Shown: positions 49,910 to 60,884, counted from the first letter of the stretch. The stretch: DNA of 64,000 nucleotides from Nitrospinaceae bacterium (GCA_965223665.1 OZ245011.1:4160001-4224000), one strand, 5' to 3'. Notes: generated by a model from the sequence alone, not told the origin. A program made the numbers and translations.

Positions 49910-51094
49910 ATGCCAACTGATTTAAAAGAGTATTTACGTCATGAACTGGAAGAGATTCATAAAGCGGGAATGTTTAAAGATGAACGTATATTATTATCCC
50001 CCCAACAACCGCACATTAAAATATCCCAGGGAGAGGTAGTTAATTTTTGTGCGAATAACTATTTGGGCCTGGCAAATCACCCTGATTTAATAAAGACGGG
50101 AAAAGAAGCTTTAGACAAATATGGGTGTGGAATGGCCTCGGTTCGATTTATATGTGGAACCAATGATCTTCACAAAGTGTTAGAAAATAAGGTTTCTGAG
50201 TTTCTAGTTACTGAGGATACCATTCTTTATTCCTCTTGCTTTGATGCAAATGCCGGGTTATTTGAAACCTTACTAACGGAAAAAGATGCGATTATTAGTG
50301 ATCGCCTTAATCATGCCAGCATCATTGATGGGACGCGACTAAGCAAGGCGAAACGTTTTCGCTATAACCACTCAGATTTAAACCATTTGGAGACTCAACT
50401 TAAGCGTGCAAGGGACTGTCGTTTCAAAGTAATTGCAACGGATGGAGTTTTTAGTATGGATGGGGATGTGGCTCTTCTTGATGAGATTTGTGAGTTAGCC
50501 TCTGTGTATGGTGCTTGGGTAATGGTAGATGATTCTCATGCTACCGGTTTTTTTGGACCGACTGGTCGTGGCAGTATTGAATATCGAAATGTAATGGGAA
50601 AAGTGGATATCATAACTTCAACATTTGGAAAGGCTCTGGGAGGGGCTTCCGGAGGTTTTACCTCTGGGAATAAGGAAATTATTGAAATTCTAAGGCAACG
50701 ATCTCGACCTTATTTATTTTCCAATTCGCTTGCCCCTGTTATTGCAGCAATAACTCTAAAAGCTATTGAACTGATTGATCAGGAGTCTGGAAGTGTCCAG
50801 AAATTAAAACAAAATACAAAATACTTTAGAAAAAACATTGAAAAAGCGGGCTTTAAAATAAAGAAAGGAGATCATCCCATAGTCCCTATAATGTTGGGGG
50901 ATGCATTTCTCGCGAATCAAATGGCCAGTGAATTACTTTCTTGTGGAATATATGTCATTGGATTTAGCTATCCAGTGGTCCCAAAAGGAGAAGCTCGAAT
51001 TCGTGTTCAATTATCAGCGGCTCACATAGAACAGGATTTGGATTCTGCAGTAAATGCTTTTCAAGCTGTAGGGAAGAAAATGGGGGTTATTTGA
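49910..51094 (+). CDS. kbl: Glycine C-acetyltransferase (2-amino-3-ketobutyrate CoA ligase)
   Basis: NFCANNYLGL, SVRFICGT, SCFDAN, DDSHATGF, TFGKALGG, RQRSRPYLFSN, ARIRVQLSAAH. Confidence 0.95.
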   Translation: MPTDLKEYLRHELEEIHKAGMFKDERILLSPQQPHIKISQGEVVNFCANNYLGLANHPDLIKTGKEALDKYGCGMASVRFICGTNDLHKVLENKVSEFLVTEDTILYSSCFDANAGLFETLLTEKDAIISDRLNHASIIDGTRLSKAKRFRYNHSDLNHLETQLKRARDCRFKVIATDGVFSMDGDVALLDEICELASVYGAWVMVDDSHATGFFGPTGRGSIEYRNVMGKVDIITSTFGKALGGASGGFTSGNKEIIEILRQRSRPYLFSNSLAPVIAAITLKAIELIDQESGSVQKLKQNTKYFRKNIEKAGFKIKKGDHPIVPIMLGDAFLANQMASELLSCGIYVIGFSYPVVPKGEARIRVQLSAAHIEQDLDSAVNAFQAVGKKMGVI

Positions 51095-51692
51095 CCCTGC
51101 TAATTATCAGCGATCCAAAGAAAATAAACCCATTTTAATTTATTATAAGTTGTCTCAAAAAATGTATAAATTGTGTCATTAAATTGGTGTTTAAAAGTCG
51201 TTTGAATATTTTCGTTTTATTTTCGTTTTTTTGCGCTGTTTACCGAGAGGATACAATTTAAAGAACTCTTTGAGAAGAATTCTAAAAAGGTGATTCTTTA
51301 TTTACCCATGAATTTCTATAGCCTATTTAATTTTAATAACTTACATGGCTTCCAGTCTTTTAAAGACGTTCTGAAAATATTTTTTACTCCAAATTAAATT
51401 TCCAAATATTTTTGGATTAAACCATCGTTACGATTTTCTCCAAAAATGTATTTTTTCCAATAAAAAACATCAATTTTTTTTTAAATCTAAAATTTAATCT
51501 TTTTCTCTAAAAATTTTAATAAATTACCTGGGTATGAGAAGATGATTTCAATCCCCTCACATTGAAAAGTATCTTTTCATCCGGTGGCGGATTTGACAAT
51601 TGGATTTGAAGTTGATAGAAATTACATCCTTCATTTGCTTTTGAATGTTTTTTAAAAGCACTTCTGAATTTAATTCATTAATTATATTTTTA

Positions 51693-51844
51693 TTAGTTTT
51701 GGTTTCATTTAATTTTTAAATGGTCAAGGACGATTCAAAATAATAACCGGATAGTGATTTTAAATTTGGTTAAAATTCTTTGACCTGTAAAAGAAACCGA
51801 AGTTAGCCAAAAGGCTACAACCACTGTTTGAAAGGGGTGGCATT
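51693..51844 (+). promoter_or_regulatory. Candidate structured 5' leader RNA upstream of KamA-family gene
   Basis: Nested complementary stems plus a hairpin covering the SD; no known Rfam family recognised. Confidence 0.45.
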
Positions 51845-53023
51845 ATGACTAACAATGGTTTAAGACAAGAAAAAGCAAAATACCTGACCAAAGTGGAGCA
51901 AATTCCGCAACTTGATCAGGAAGATTTAAATAAATTAAAACCAGTGTCGGATAAGTTCGTCTTCCGTTCCAATGATTATTATCAGTCTCTTATTAATTGG
52001 GATGATCCTGAAGATCCAATTAAGAGAATTATTGTTCCGGATATTGCAGAGTTGGATGATTGGGGCCAGTTAGATGCTTCAGATGAAGAAAGTTACACCG
52101 TTGCTAAAGGAGTAGAACATAAATACGATTCCACAGCACTTCTTTTAGTGAATGAAGTTTGCGGTGCTTATTGCAGGTTTTGTTTTCGTAAGCGATTATT
52201 CATGGATGATAATGAAGAAGTGACGAAAGACGTTTCTGAAGGTTTGGAATACATACGGTCCCATAAAGAGATTAGTAATGTGTTATTGACAGGAGGGGAC
52301 CCTCTAATCATGTCGACTTCCAAACTGGAACCGATAATTAAACAGATTCGTGAATTAGATCATGTCAATATCATCCGGATTGGAACCAAAATACCCGCTT
52401 TTAATCCGATGCGGATTTACAATGACCCAACTTTGAAGGAGATGTTCGAAAAGTATAGTACTCCTGAAAAACGAATATATGTTATGGCTCACTTTAACCA
52501 TCCTAGGGAATTGACACCTGAAGCAATCCGTGGTTTAGACTTTTTATTAAAAGCGGGAGCTATAGTGGTGAATCAAACTCCTATGATCACTGGAGTGAAT
52601 GATAATCCTCAAGTATTGGCGGAATTATTCAATAAATTGTCTTATATTGGTGTTCCCCCTTACTATATATTCCAATGCCGTCCTACCTTAGGAAATAAAA
52701 TTTATATTTCTCCTCTTGAAGAAACTTATGAAATATTTGAAGCCGCTCGAACCCAGTGTTCTGGTTTGGCTAAAAGAGCCCGATTTGTGATGTCCCATTC
52801 CACTGGTAAGATTGAGATCGTTGGCCTTTCAAATTCTAATATTTATTTTAAATACCAGCGCGCCGCAGATCCGGAAAACAGTTCGCGATTTATGGCATTC
52901 AAAAGAAATCCTGAAGCATATTGGTTTGATGATTATGAAGAAGTGGTTTCGGATCATTTCTTAAGTGGAGACAAAATAGGTTCTAATCAAACTAATTTAT
53001 TAGGGTTTATGGAATTCGCATAA
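51845..53023 (+). CDS. KamA-family radical SAM protein (lysine 2,3-aminomutase-like)
   Basis: HKY, CGAYCRFCFRKR, LLTGGDPL, IRIGTK, HFNHPREL, NQTP, PYY. Confidence 0.9.
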   Translation: MTNNGLRQEKAKYLTKVEQIPQLDQEDLNKLKPVSDKFVFRSNDYYQSLINWDDPEDPIKRIIVPDIAELDDWGQLDASDEESYTVAKGVEHKYDSTALLLVNEVCGAYCRFCFRKRLFMDDNEEVTKDVSEGLEYIRSHKEISNVLLTGGDPLIMSTSKLEPIIKQIRELDHVNIIRIGTKIPAFNPMRIYNDPTLKEMFEKYSTPEKRIYVMAHFNHPRELTPEAIRGLDFLLKAGAIVVNQTPMITGVNDNPQVLAELFNKLSYIGVPPYYIFQCRPTLGNKIYISPLEETYEIFEAARTQCSGLAKRARFVMSHSTGKIEIVGLSNSNIYFKYQRAADPENSSRFMAFKRNPEAYWFDDYEEVVSDHFLSGDKIGSNQTNLLGFMEFA

Positions 53024-53161
53024 TTTGCTCTTTCCTGGCAGTATTTTTTTAGCTCAATTGATTATTCCTTGCGTGATTAAAGGAAAAAATCTTGTCGAGT
53101 ATTTTAATTTCTTAATAGGGTATAATTTAACCATATTGAAAAATTAAAAAGGAATTATCGC

Positions 53162-53656
53162 ATGAAAAAAGTTTTTATATTTTCGATAATAGCTTCTATG
53201 ATTATTTTGGGATCTGGTAGGGCTTTTTCCGTAGAAAATGAGGATGCCTTAAGCAAAGGACAATCAGGGAGTAGGCCTATACCTGAGCAATTGCAGGAAA
53301 TAAGTGGTCAGATTTCCCGAATGGTGACTGAACAAGTTCAACAATTTTTAGATAAAGAACTGTTAAGGATAAAAGAGTATAGAGCTCAAGCCCGAGAGAC
53401 AGCGAACCAAAAGTTAAAATCAAAAGAAAAGTCAGTCGAAGAAAATCCCAATAATCCTCAGACTCTCTTTGAATTAGGTGAACTTCATGATCAAATGGGA
53501 GATGGAGCCAGCGCAATACTTAAAACCCAAAAGGCAGAAAAACTATTTGTCGAAAACGGAAACGTCAAAGGAGCTGCCCAAGCCAGACGTAATTTAAGGC
53601 AATTTTTTAAAAAGTACGACTATCAACCCGAAGACTTTATTCTAAACAATAAATAA
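53162..53656 (+). CDS. Secreted coiled-coil/TPR-like hypothetical protein
   Basis: Signal peptide; NPNNPQTLFELGELHDQMGD TPR-like motif. Confidence 0.7.
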   Translation: MKKVFIFSIIASMIILGSGRAFSVENEDALSKGQSGSRPIPEQLQEISGQISRMVTEQVQQFLDKELLRIKEYRAQARETANQKLKSKEKSVEENPNNPQTLFELGELHDQMGDGASAILKTQKAEKLFVENGNVKGAAQARRNLRQFFKKYDYQPEDFILNNK

Positions 53657-54024
53657 TAATTTTATGCCCATCTGAAAAAGGATTGGATATATTTCCTCGA
53701 ACTAATTTTAAGTAGGCAAAATTCAGTGGTAAATTGCTTATTTTGCCTTCCTTCCGACACAAAAAAAACCTTACAAAATTACATATTTCACTTAGGTTTT
53801 GACCTCCTAAATGACGATAAAGAATTAAGATCTTAAAGTCCATTGCGTGTAAAGGAAAATTGTAACTGAGAGATTTTTGCTTTCGCAAATCGGTTTCCGC
53901 CTACTTTGTTAGTTTTCTGTAAAGTAAATTTTGGGAAAGTATCTATAAACGTAGAATCTTATCAGGACATTTTCTCAAGTCTAGGACTCCTTCTTTTACA
54001 GTAAATATTTACCTTCAATCGTAT

Positions 54025-55749
54025 TTGTTTAGAAATTTAATGCAAATAAAAATAGCTATATTTTTATCAACGTCATTATCTTTGGTGTGGACGACCCTTT
54101 TTATTTTTCTTTTTAGTACGATTTCTGGAGCGCAGGTAATCCCCAAAACAGTGGAACCTCAAAGGTTTGATAAGCGCTTTAAAAAGAAGAGACCTCCCAA
54201 GTCAACTTTAGATTTGGAAAAACCATTTTCAAATGATATCCCGGACCTTCAGTTACCTTCTAAAGAATACAATTTTGTATTAAGAAAAATTATTGTAGAG
54301 GGAGCAACAAAATTTCGAGGTCACAAACTTGCAAGGGTATTTAAAAAATATTTAGGAAAGAAGATACCGGTTTCACTCCTTAACAAATTAGCCGAAAAGA
54401 TAACTAAAAAATATCGAAATGCTGGCTATATTTTGAGTCAGGCTATTATCCCACCGCAAAAAATTGGGTCCAGAGGGGTTGTCCGCATAAAAGTCATAGA
54501 GGGTTATATTGATAAGGTCTCGTATAAAGGGAAAGCAAATGGAACAAAAAGACTATTTAAATCATATAGAAAAAAAATTCTTGCTTCCCGGCCACTTCAC
54601 AGTGATGACTTAGAACGTTATTTACTTTTATTAAATGATTTGCCGGGAGTAAAAGCGCGCTCTGTATTGACTCCTTCTGATTCACAACCAGGTGCCGCAC
54701 AATTAACAATTGTAATCAATCATAAAAATGTTGATGCCTACGGGCAAATTGATAACAGAGGTTCGAAGTTTAATGGCCCTTTTCAAATCTCTGTTGGAGG
54801 AAATGTAAATTCCACACTTGGAATGAATGATAGGACAGGAATCCAAGGTGTGGTTTCAACTGATTTTGAAGAATTATTGTTTTTAAATGTGAATCACGAT
54901 CTTCCAGTATCTGATGAAGGTTCCAGATTATTATTTGGTGGAACATATTCAAATTCTGAACCTGGAGGATCGTTAGCGCCTTTTCAAATTGAAGGAACAG
55001 GATTAACTTTTGTAGTCAGGAGTTCTCACCCTGTTATCCGTACTCGAAGAGAAAATTTATCTCTGTCATTTGGTTTTAGTTTGAAAAACTCGGAGACGGA
55101 TATATTAATGGCTAATGTTGTAAAGGATAAGCTCCGGGTTTTAGACGCGGGAGCAAATTATGATTTTGCAGACCAATATAAAGGAATCAATTCATTTCGT
55201 TTAAATATAAGCCAAGGAATCAATGTGTTTGGTGCAACCGAATCTGGCTCTCCGAAATTGTCTCGCCCCTTTGGAAAAAGTAATTTCACAAAAATTGAAG
55301 GTGAAGTTCTTCGCCTTCAAAAATTATCTTCTCGATGGAATTTGTTAGCCAGTCTGATTTGGCAATATTCATTAAGTAATTTATTAGCAGCAGAAGAGTT
55401 TGTAGTGGGCGGACCTCGATATGGGCGAGGATTTGATCCCTCAGAAATTTCTGGAGACCATGGCGCGGCAGTAAAGTTGGAATTTCAATTTTCAGATCGA
55501 GTTGCAAATATTTTTTTGCAAGATTATCAAGCATATTTCTTTGGCGATTACGGATCGGTTTGGAACCGGTCCGATCCAACAAATTTAACAAGCCATGTTG
55601 ATTTGTTTTCATTGGGTCTTGGTATTCGTTTCAATATTCGTTCCTGGTTGTCAGGTTTCTTAGAGTTGGTAAAACCATTTGATCGAATAGTTACCGCAGA
55701 GGGGGATAAAGATCCAAGAGTATTTTTTGGATTGACGGCGCGTTACTAA
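54025..55749 (+). CDS. TpsB (ShlB/FhaC/HecB) two-partner secretion transporter
   Basis: POTRA (YRNAGYILS...PPQ, EGYI, LERYLLLLNDLPG), DNRGS, GGPRYGRGF, DYG; start uncertain (TTG 54025 or ATG 54040). Confidence 0.92.
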   Translation: MFRNLMQIKIAIFLSTSLSLVWTTLFIFLFSTISGAQVIPKTVEPQRFDKRFKKKRPPKSTLDLEKPFSNDIPDLQLPSKEYNFVLRKIIVEGATKFRGHKLARVFKKYLGKKIPVSLLNKLAEKITKKYRNAGYILSQAIIPPQKIGSRGVVRIKVIEGYIDKVSYKGKANGTKRLFKSYRKKILASRPLHSDDLERYLLLLNDLPGVKARSVLTPSDSQPGAAQLTIVINHKNVDAYGQIDNRGSKFNGPFQISVGGNVNSTLGMNDRTGIQGVVSTDFEELLFLNVNHDLPVSDEGSRLLFGGTYSNSEPGGSLAPFQIEGTGLTFVVRSSHPVIRTRRENLSLSFGFSLKNSETDILMANVVKDKLRVLDAGANYDFADQYKGINSFRLNISQGINVFGATESGSPKLSRPFGKSNFTKIEGEVLRLQKLSSRWNLLASLIWQYSLSNLLAAEEFVVGGPRYGRGFDPSEISGDHGAAVKLEFQFSDRVANIFLQDYQAYFFGDYGSVWNRSDPTNLTSHVDLFSLGLGIRFNIRSWLSGFLELVKPFDRIVTAEGDKDPRVFFGLTARY

Positions 55750-55785
55750 GGAAAGTAAACCATATGCCTTTTTCGGCAGCAAACC

Positions 55786-58700
55786 ATGAGGGTTGCCTGG
55801 ATGCAAAGAAAATCACTTTTTTCATTTTTATATTTTTTCAGAGATAAGAAGCCAACCGGCATATTTAGTATATCTGTATTAATTTTTTTGATCGGCTTTT
55901 GGCCCTCCTATTTATATGCGCTTCCACAAGATGGAATTGTCAAAGGCGGCTCTGTAACTATTGAACAAATAAATTCTGATCATCTTGAAATAAATCAAAT
56001 CACAGATCGAGCGATTATAGATTGGACTAGCTTTGACGTTCTTTCCAATGAGCATGTGAACTTTCAACTTCCTTCCTCTAATTCAGTAAATCTAAGTCGA
56101 GTGACAGGGGGAACTCAATCTAACATTTTTGGAAAATTAACATCAAATGGGAAATTGATGCTCATTAACCCCAATGGAATATTATTTGGACCCCATTCTC
56201 AAATTGATGTTAACAGTTTGATTGCGACGACAAATGATATTCGTAATGAGGATTTCCTAGAAGGTAATTACAGTTTTTCACTTAATAAACCCATTTTAAG
56301 ATCCATAACCAACCAAGGGAGAATTACAGTAGCGGAAGGTGGGTTAGCTGCACTAGTGGCGCCGGGTGTGATTAACGAGGGAACCATTGAGGCAAGACTA
56401 GGTCAAGTGTATTTAGGATCAGGTAAAACATTCACTTTAGATTTATATGGTGATCAGTTAGTAAGTCTAGGAGTGAATTCCCAAAGTGCTGAAGATGTGT
56501 TTGGCGTAACAGGAAACCGATTATCTTCTCTAATTAATAATTCAGGAAATATTATTTCTGATGGAGGCACCGTCATCCTCGATGTTAAATCAGCAAAAGG
56601 CTTAGTGGACCAATCCATCAATATGTCAGGAATCATCCAAGCTAGAACCATAAAGGAAAATAACGGTGAAATTTATCTTTTGGGTGGAGAGGAAGGTGAA
56701 GTTGCGGTCACAGGAAAATTGGATGCGTCAGGTTATCTAGAGGGTCAAACAGGTGGGAAAGTTTATGTATTAGGGAACGAATTGAGTCTTTTCAATAATG
56801 GGACCATAGATATTTCTGGGGATTCAGGTGGAGGTTCATTATTTTTTGGAGGCGATTATCAGGGAAAGGGAGAATTGCAAAGAGCATCTGATGTTTTTGT
56901 AAGTGATGGGGCAAATATTTTTGCTGACGCTGTAAATTTTGGGGATGGTGGGCGAACCATATTTTGGGCTGACAGAAGAAATCGTTTTTATGGAAGAGTT
57001 AGAAATAGAGGAGGATTGTTTAGTGGTTCAGGAGGATTTGTAGAAATTTCCGGACGAGAGGAATTGTATTTTGATGGCTCGGTAGATACTTCAGCGTCAA
57101 ATGGAAAAGTTGGAACTTTATTGTTAGACCCGGGAGATATTGAAATTGTAAATGGATCAGGATCACCTGATGATGGTGAAGCCGCAGATGGCAATGCGTC
57201 TGTTTCATCAAGTGGAGCGATTTCGTTTTCTATTTCAGAAAACCAATTAGAATCACTTTCCTCAAATACAAATATTCATCTTTTTGCAAGAAATAATATT
57301 TTTCTTCGCAACTTGTCAGACAATAATTTGGAATTAAAACAAACTGCGGGACAATCTGTTCGATTAACAGCTGAAACCGGAAATATCCAATTTAGTGACA
57401 CCAATGACCAAATTAGTACAAATGGTGGCAGTGTGACCCTTCAAGCTGGAGAGGATATGATCCTAGGAAAACTCAATGTGGGTGGGGGAAATGTAACATT
57501 GTTAGGAAAAGAAGGAGGAGCTATTAGCTTGGGGACTGGATCCACAGGATTAAAGTTAAGTAATGAGGAATTATCCAAAATAACAGCAAATAATTTGGTC
57601 ATTGGAGGTAATATTGTTGGAGAGAGAGCAGCTAAAATAGAGGTGCAAGGAGTCACTGGAATAAATAATATTACCAATCAATTAACACTAAACTCTCTAA
57701 GTGAAATTAGTACGATAGGTGGAGCCCCACTCGGAAAAATACATTTCAAAAATACAGCTTCTACTATTGGAACAGGATTATTTTTAAACTCTAACCTAGA
57801 GACAAGGATAGACTCTAACCTTACAACTTTTGGCAATTTATCTACGGGAGCAACATCACCTCTTGTATTGGGAAATAATTTAACTATTTCTTCTACTAAC
57901 GGTAAGTTGACTTTAGGATCAATTTCTAATTCTTCTGCGGGATTATCCTTATTGGCAGCAAATGGAATTACGTTAAATGAAAAGCTTACTACTGCAGGAA
58001 CTACCATTCTAAATGCAGATTTGGATAACAATGGATTCGGAATATTTTCCCAAGCATCTGGAAAATCTTTAATTACAGGTAATGGTTCTTTATCGATAAT
58101 AGCAGGGTCTTTAAATTTAAACGGTTCATTAAATAGCGGGACTGGTTTAACAACATTCATTGCTTCAAATGGAAAAAGCATAGGTTTGGGATTGGCGAGT
58201 GGTGATCTATCTCTAGACTCAACTCTCTTGTCTTCTCTGACTTCCGGTGGACTTGTTTTAGGAAATGGATTAGGAGCTATTCAAGTTAACGGGGCTAGTA
58301 TTTCTTCAGGACTTACCTTAAATGGAAATTCAAATTCGTTCATTGGATCAAACTCTTTGCTATCTGGGTTGGTTGTAAATGGACCAACAACAATCCACGG
58401 AGTCGACCTGATATCGACAGGAGGAATAATCGATTTTAATGGAACTGTGACGTTAAACTCAAGTCCTGCGCAAATTCATAGTAATAATCAAAATATATTT
58501 TTTCAAAGTACTTTAGAGGGAAGTCAAAATTTAAATATAAATGCTGGTACAGGAATCGTTCAATTTCAAGGAAATATTGGAGACAATCTTCCATTATCAG
58601 GTCTAAATATTACAGGTCCTTCAATAATTAAAGGAATTAATATCAGTACAGCTGGAGGAAATATAATCTTTAATGATAATGTTTCAATTGATTCAAATAC

Positions 58701-60741
58701 GGTTCAAATAAGTACCGGGGCGGGAGGAGGAGACATTGATTTTCATGGGACTGTAGATGGAACTCAAAACTTAACTTTAAACTCCGGGACAGGAACGATA
58801 AATATTGATGGTAATGTTGGAACTAATACAGCACTAAAAAGTTTTACCGTAACGGGATCTACAGTTGTTAGTGGTGCTAATATTTTAACTTCTAACGGAG
58901 ATATAACTTTTAACAATGCTCTCGGTTTAGATACTGGGACGGTTGAAATTAATTCAGGTACAGGGATAGGCGATATAAATTTGGGCAATACGGTAGATGG
59001 AGCCCAAAACCTAACCTTAAACTCAGGGACAGGAACGGTGAATATTGATGGTAATGTTGGAACTAATACAGCACTAAAAAGTATTACCGTAACCGGATCT
59101 GCGGTCGTTAGTGGTGCAAATATTATTACTTCCAACGGTAATGTCACTTTTAATAATGATGTGACCTTAGATAACGGTCCTACGCAGGTAAATACGGGTG
59201 GCGGATTAGGTAATATCACTTATTCCCAGAATATCGATGGGAACCAAAATTTGACTTTAAATTCTGGGAATGGGTCCATTCAAATTGGGGGGAACGTTGG
59301 AAATACTTCCACTTTGGAAAATTTAAATTTAAATGGGAACACTTCATTTAGTGGCACTTCCATAAAAACCAATAGCGGAATAACTATCAGTGGAAGTCTT
59401 GATGCTAATAACCCGACCATTTTAAATTCAGATTCTGACAGCAATGGAACAGGTGATCTTGTGGTTTCAGGACCGATAAATTCTAAAGATTTAACTTTTA
59501 TATCTAATGACATTAGTTTGGGAGATACCTTAACAAGTAGTGGAGATATTATATTTAAGGTGTCTGATGGAGGAACCATGGGATTAGGTGATGGTTCTGG
59601 AGATTGGTTGTTGGATCAAACGGAATTGAGTTTTATAAATACCAATAATTTGACAATAGGTAATTCTACTGCGGGAAACTTAACTGTCGATAAAATAGCT
59701 ATTAATGGAAGTAAAATTATTCAGGATATTTCTTTGATTTCAGGAAATTCTATTTTGGTAAATAACACATTAAATTTCCCGGGAAATTTGAATGTTACTT
59801 CCGGAAATAATATTTCCGATTCAGGAGCAACTTTTATAGTGGGGGGTGACGCCACTTTTAGAACCACTGGTACAAACCAGTCTATTAATTTATCAAATGT
59901 TGGCAGTGTTTTTGGGGGTCAAATTCGATTTTTTACATTGGGCAACTCTGGAGATGTTTTAGTTAATAATTCAAACGCAATTTTTGTAGGAGATTCAATA
60001 ATTGGTGGAAATTTAACAGCAACTTCTAATGGAAATATTTCCCTTAACGGGGTGGTGATAAGTTCAACGGGTAGCAATCCACTCATAAGTTTAACATCCA
60101 CTAATGGCTCAGTTTTGGATGGTGGATCAAGCTTTGGTTTGGATATTGATAATCCTAATGGAACTTTAATTGCAAGTACTTTTAATGGATTTGGAACGAC
60201 AGCAGACCCACTAGAAATTAGAGTGAATAACGTAAATATAGGCAATAATAACTCGGGTCCAGTAAATATATATGAGCTAGACGGTCTGAATATTGTGGGG
60301 ATTAACCAAGGTGGAATAAATGAGGATGTGTCAATATCCTATTCTGGAAATATTTCTGGTCAAGAAAATGTAATGTTGAATGGAGGTCAGTTGGTTCTAA
60401 CTGACAGGTTTAATGTTAATCAAGTTTTTGGAAATACCGGTAAAACATTGAAGGGTCTGGCTCTAGAAAGGACCATAAACAATTCTAGTGAGATTGGTCA
60501 ATATTTTGATTTTGGAGATTGGTATAAAGAAAATATTACTTTAAATAAAGCGGCTTTTCAAAAAAGTGCAATTGCTTTTCCCTTTGTCAGGAATGCATTT
60601 ATTAAAAAATATCCTGTTTGGGTTGTTAAACGACCAGTAAGTAAAAGGAACCCCAAGACCGAATTAGCAAGGTCTTTTTCCAAAAAGAATTATAAGAAAA
60701 GAAAACTCAAACCATTTTCCTTAAGGAATAAAGTAAATTAA
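55786..60741 (+). CDS. TpsA filamentous haemagglutinin-like exoprotein
   Basis: Signal ending LYA-LP, TPS domain (IIDWTSF, LINPNGILFG), GGFVEISG, GTLLLDP, Gly/Asn-rich beta-helix. Confidence 0.92.
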   Translation: MRVAWMQRKSLFSFLYFFRDKKPTGIFSISVLIFLIGFWPSYLYALPQDGIVKGGSVTIEQINSDHLEINQITDRAIIDWTSFDVLSNEHVNFQLPSSNSVNLSRVTGGTQSNIFGKLTSNGKLMLINPNGILFGPHSQIDVNSLIATTNDIRNEDFLEGNYSFSLNKPILRSITNQGRITVAEGGLAALVAPGVINEGTIEARLGQVYLGSGKTFTLDLYGDQLVSLGVNSQSAEDVFGVTGNRLSSLINNSGNIISDGGTVILDVKSAKGLVDQSINMSGIIQARTIKENNGEIYLLGGEEGEVAVTGKLDASGYLEGQTGGKVYVLGNELSLFNNGTIDISGDSGGGSLFFGGDYQGKGELQRASDVFVSDGANIFADAVNFGDGGRTIFWADRRNRFYGRVRNRGGLFSGSGGFVEISGREELYFDGSVDTSASNGKVGTLLLDPGDIEIVNGSGSPDDGEAADGNASVSSSGAISFSISENQLESLSSNTNIHLFARNNIFLRNLSDNNLELKQTAGQSVRLTAETGNIQFSDTNDQISTNGGSVTLQAGEDMILGKLNVGGGNVTLLGKEGGAISLGTGSTGLKLSNEELSKITANNLVIGGNIVGERAAKIEVQGVTGINNITNQLTLNSLSEISTIGGAPLGKIHFKNTASTIGTGLFLNSNLETRIDSNLTTFGNLSTGATSPLVLGNNLTISSTNGKLTLGSISNSSAGLSLLAANGITLNEKLTTAGTTILNADLDNNGFGIFSQASGKSLITGNGSLSIIAGSLNLNGSLNSGTGLTTFIASNGKSIGLGLASGDLSLDSTLLSSLTSGGLVLGNGLGAIQVNGASISSGLTLNGNSNSFIGSNSLLSGLVVNGPTTIHGVDLISTGGIIDFNGTVTLNSSPAQIHSNNQNIFFQSTLEGSQNLNINAGTGIVQFQGNIGDNLPLSGLNITGPSIIKGINISTAGGNIIFNDNVSIDSNTVQISTGAGGGDIDFHGTVDGTQNLTLNSGTGTINIDGNVGTNTALKSFTVTGSTVVSGANILTSNGDITFNNALGLDTGTVEINSGTGIGDINLGNTVDGAQNLTLNSGTGTVNIDGNVGTNTALKSITVTGSAVVSGANIITSNGNVTFNNDVTLDNGPTQVNTGGGLGNITYSQNIDGNQNLTLNSGNGSIQIGGNVGNTSTLENLNLNGNTSFSGTSIKTNSGITISGSLDANNPTILNSDSDSNGTGDLVVSGPINSKDLTFISNDISLGDTLTSSGDIIFKVSDGGTMGLGDGSGDWLLDQTELSFINTNNLTIGNSTAGNLTVDKIAINGSKIIQDISLISGNSILVNNTLNFPGNLNVTSGNNISDSGATFIVGGDATFRTTGTNQSINLSNVGSVFGGQIRFFTLGNSGDVLVNNSNAIFVGDSIIGGNLTATSNGNISLNGVVISSTGSNPLISLTSTNGSVLDGGSSFGLDIDNPNGTLIASTFNGFGTTADPLEIRVNNVNIGNNNSGPVNIYELDGLNIVGINQGGINEDVSISYSGNISGQENVMLNGGQLVLTDRFNVNQVFGNTGKTLKGLALERTINNSSEIGQYFDFGDWYKENITLNKAAFQKSAIAFPFVRNAFIKKYPVWVVKRPVSKRNPKTELARSFSKKNYKKRKLKPFSLRNKVN
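58510..59400 (+). repeat. ~240-bp (80-aa) tandem repeats in TpsA
   Basis: aatattgatggtaatgttggaactaatacagcactaaaaagt occurs at 58801 and 59041; degenerate GxQNLxLN copies one period on either side. Confidence 0.85.
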
Positions 60742-60884
60742 GATGCTATTTCTGATAGCAATTCCTCCCTCCAAAAAATCCAAATTAAATTGATTAACTG
60801 CTAAAGTTAATATAACCTTGGTTTTCCTGATTCAATTTTTTTATTAAATTATCAGAATAAATATCTAAAAAATGAGTTGAGTTG

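Noticed and set aside
51693-51844. Lysine or c-di-GMP riboswitch
   Set aside because: Conserved core nucleotides not found by eye; kept only as a novel candidate.
56454-60245. Multiple minus-strand ORFs inside tpsA
   Set aside because: Antisense shadows caused by Gly/Asn/Thr codon bias.
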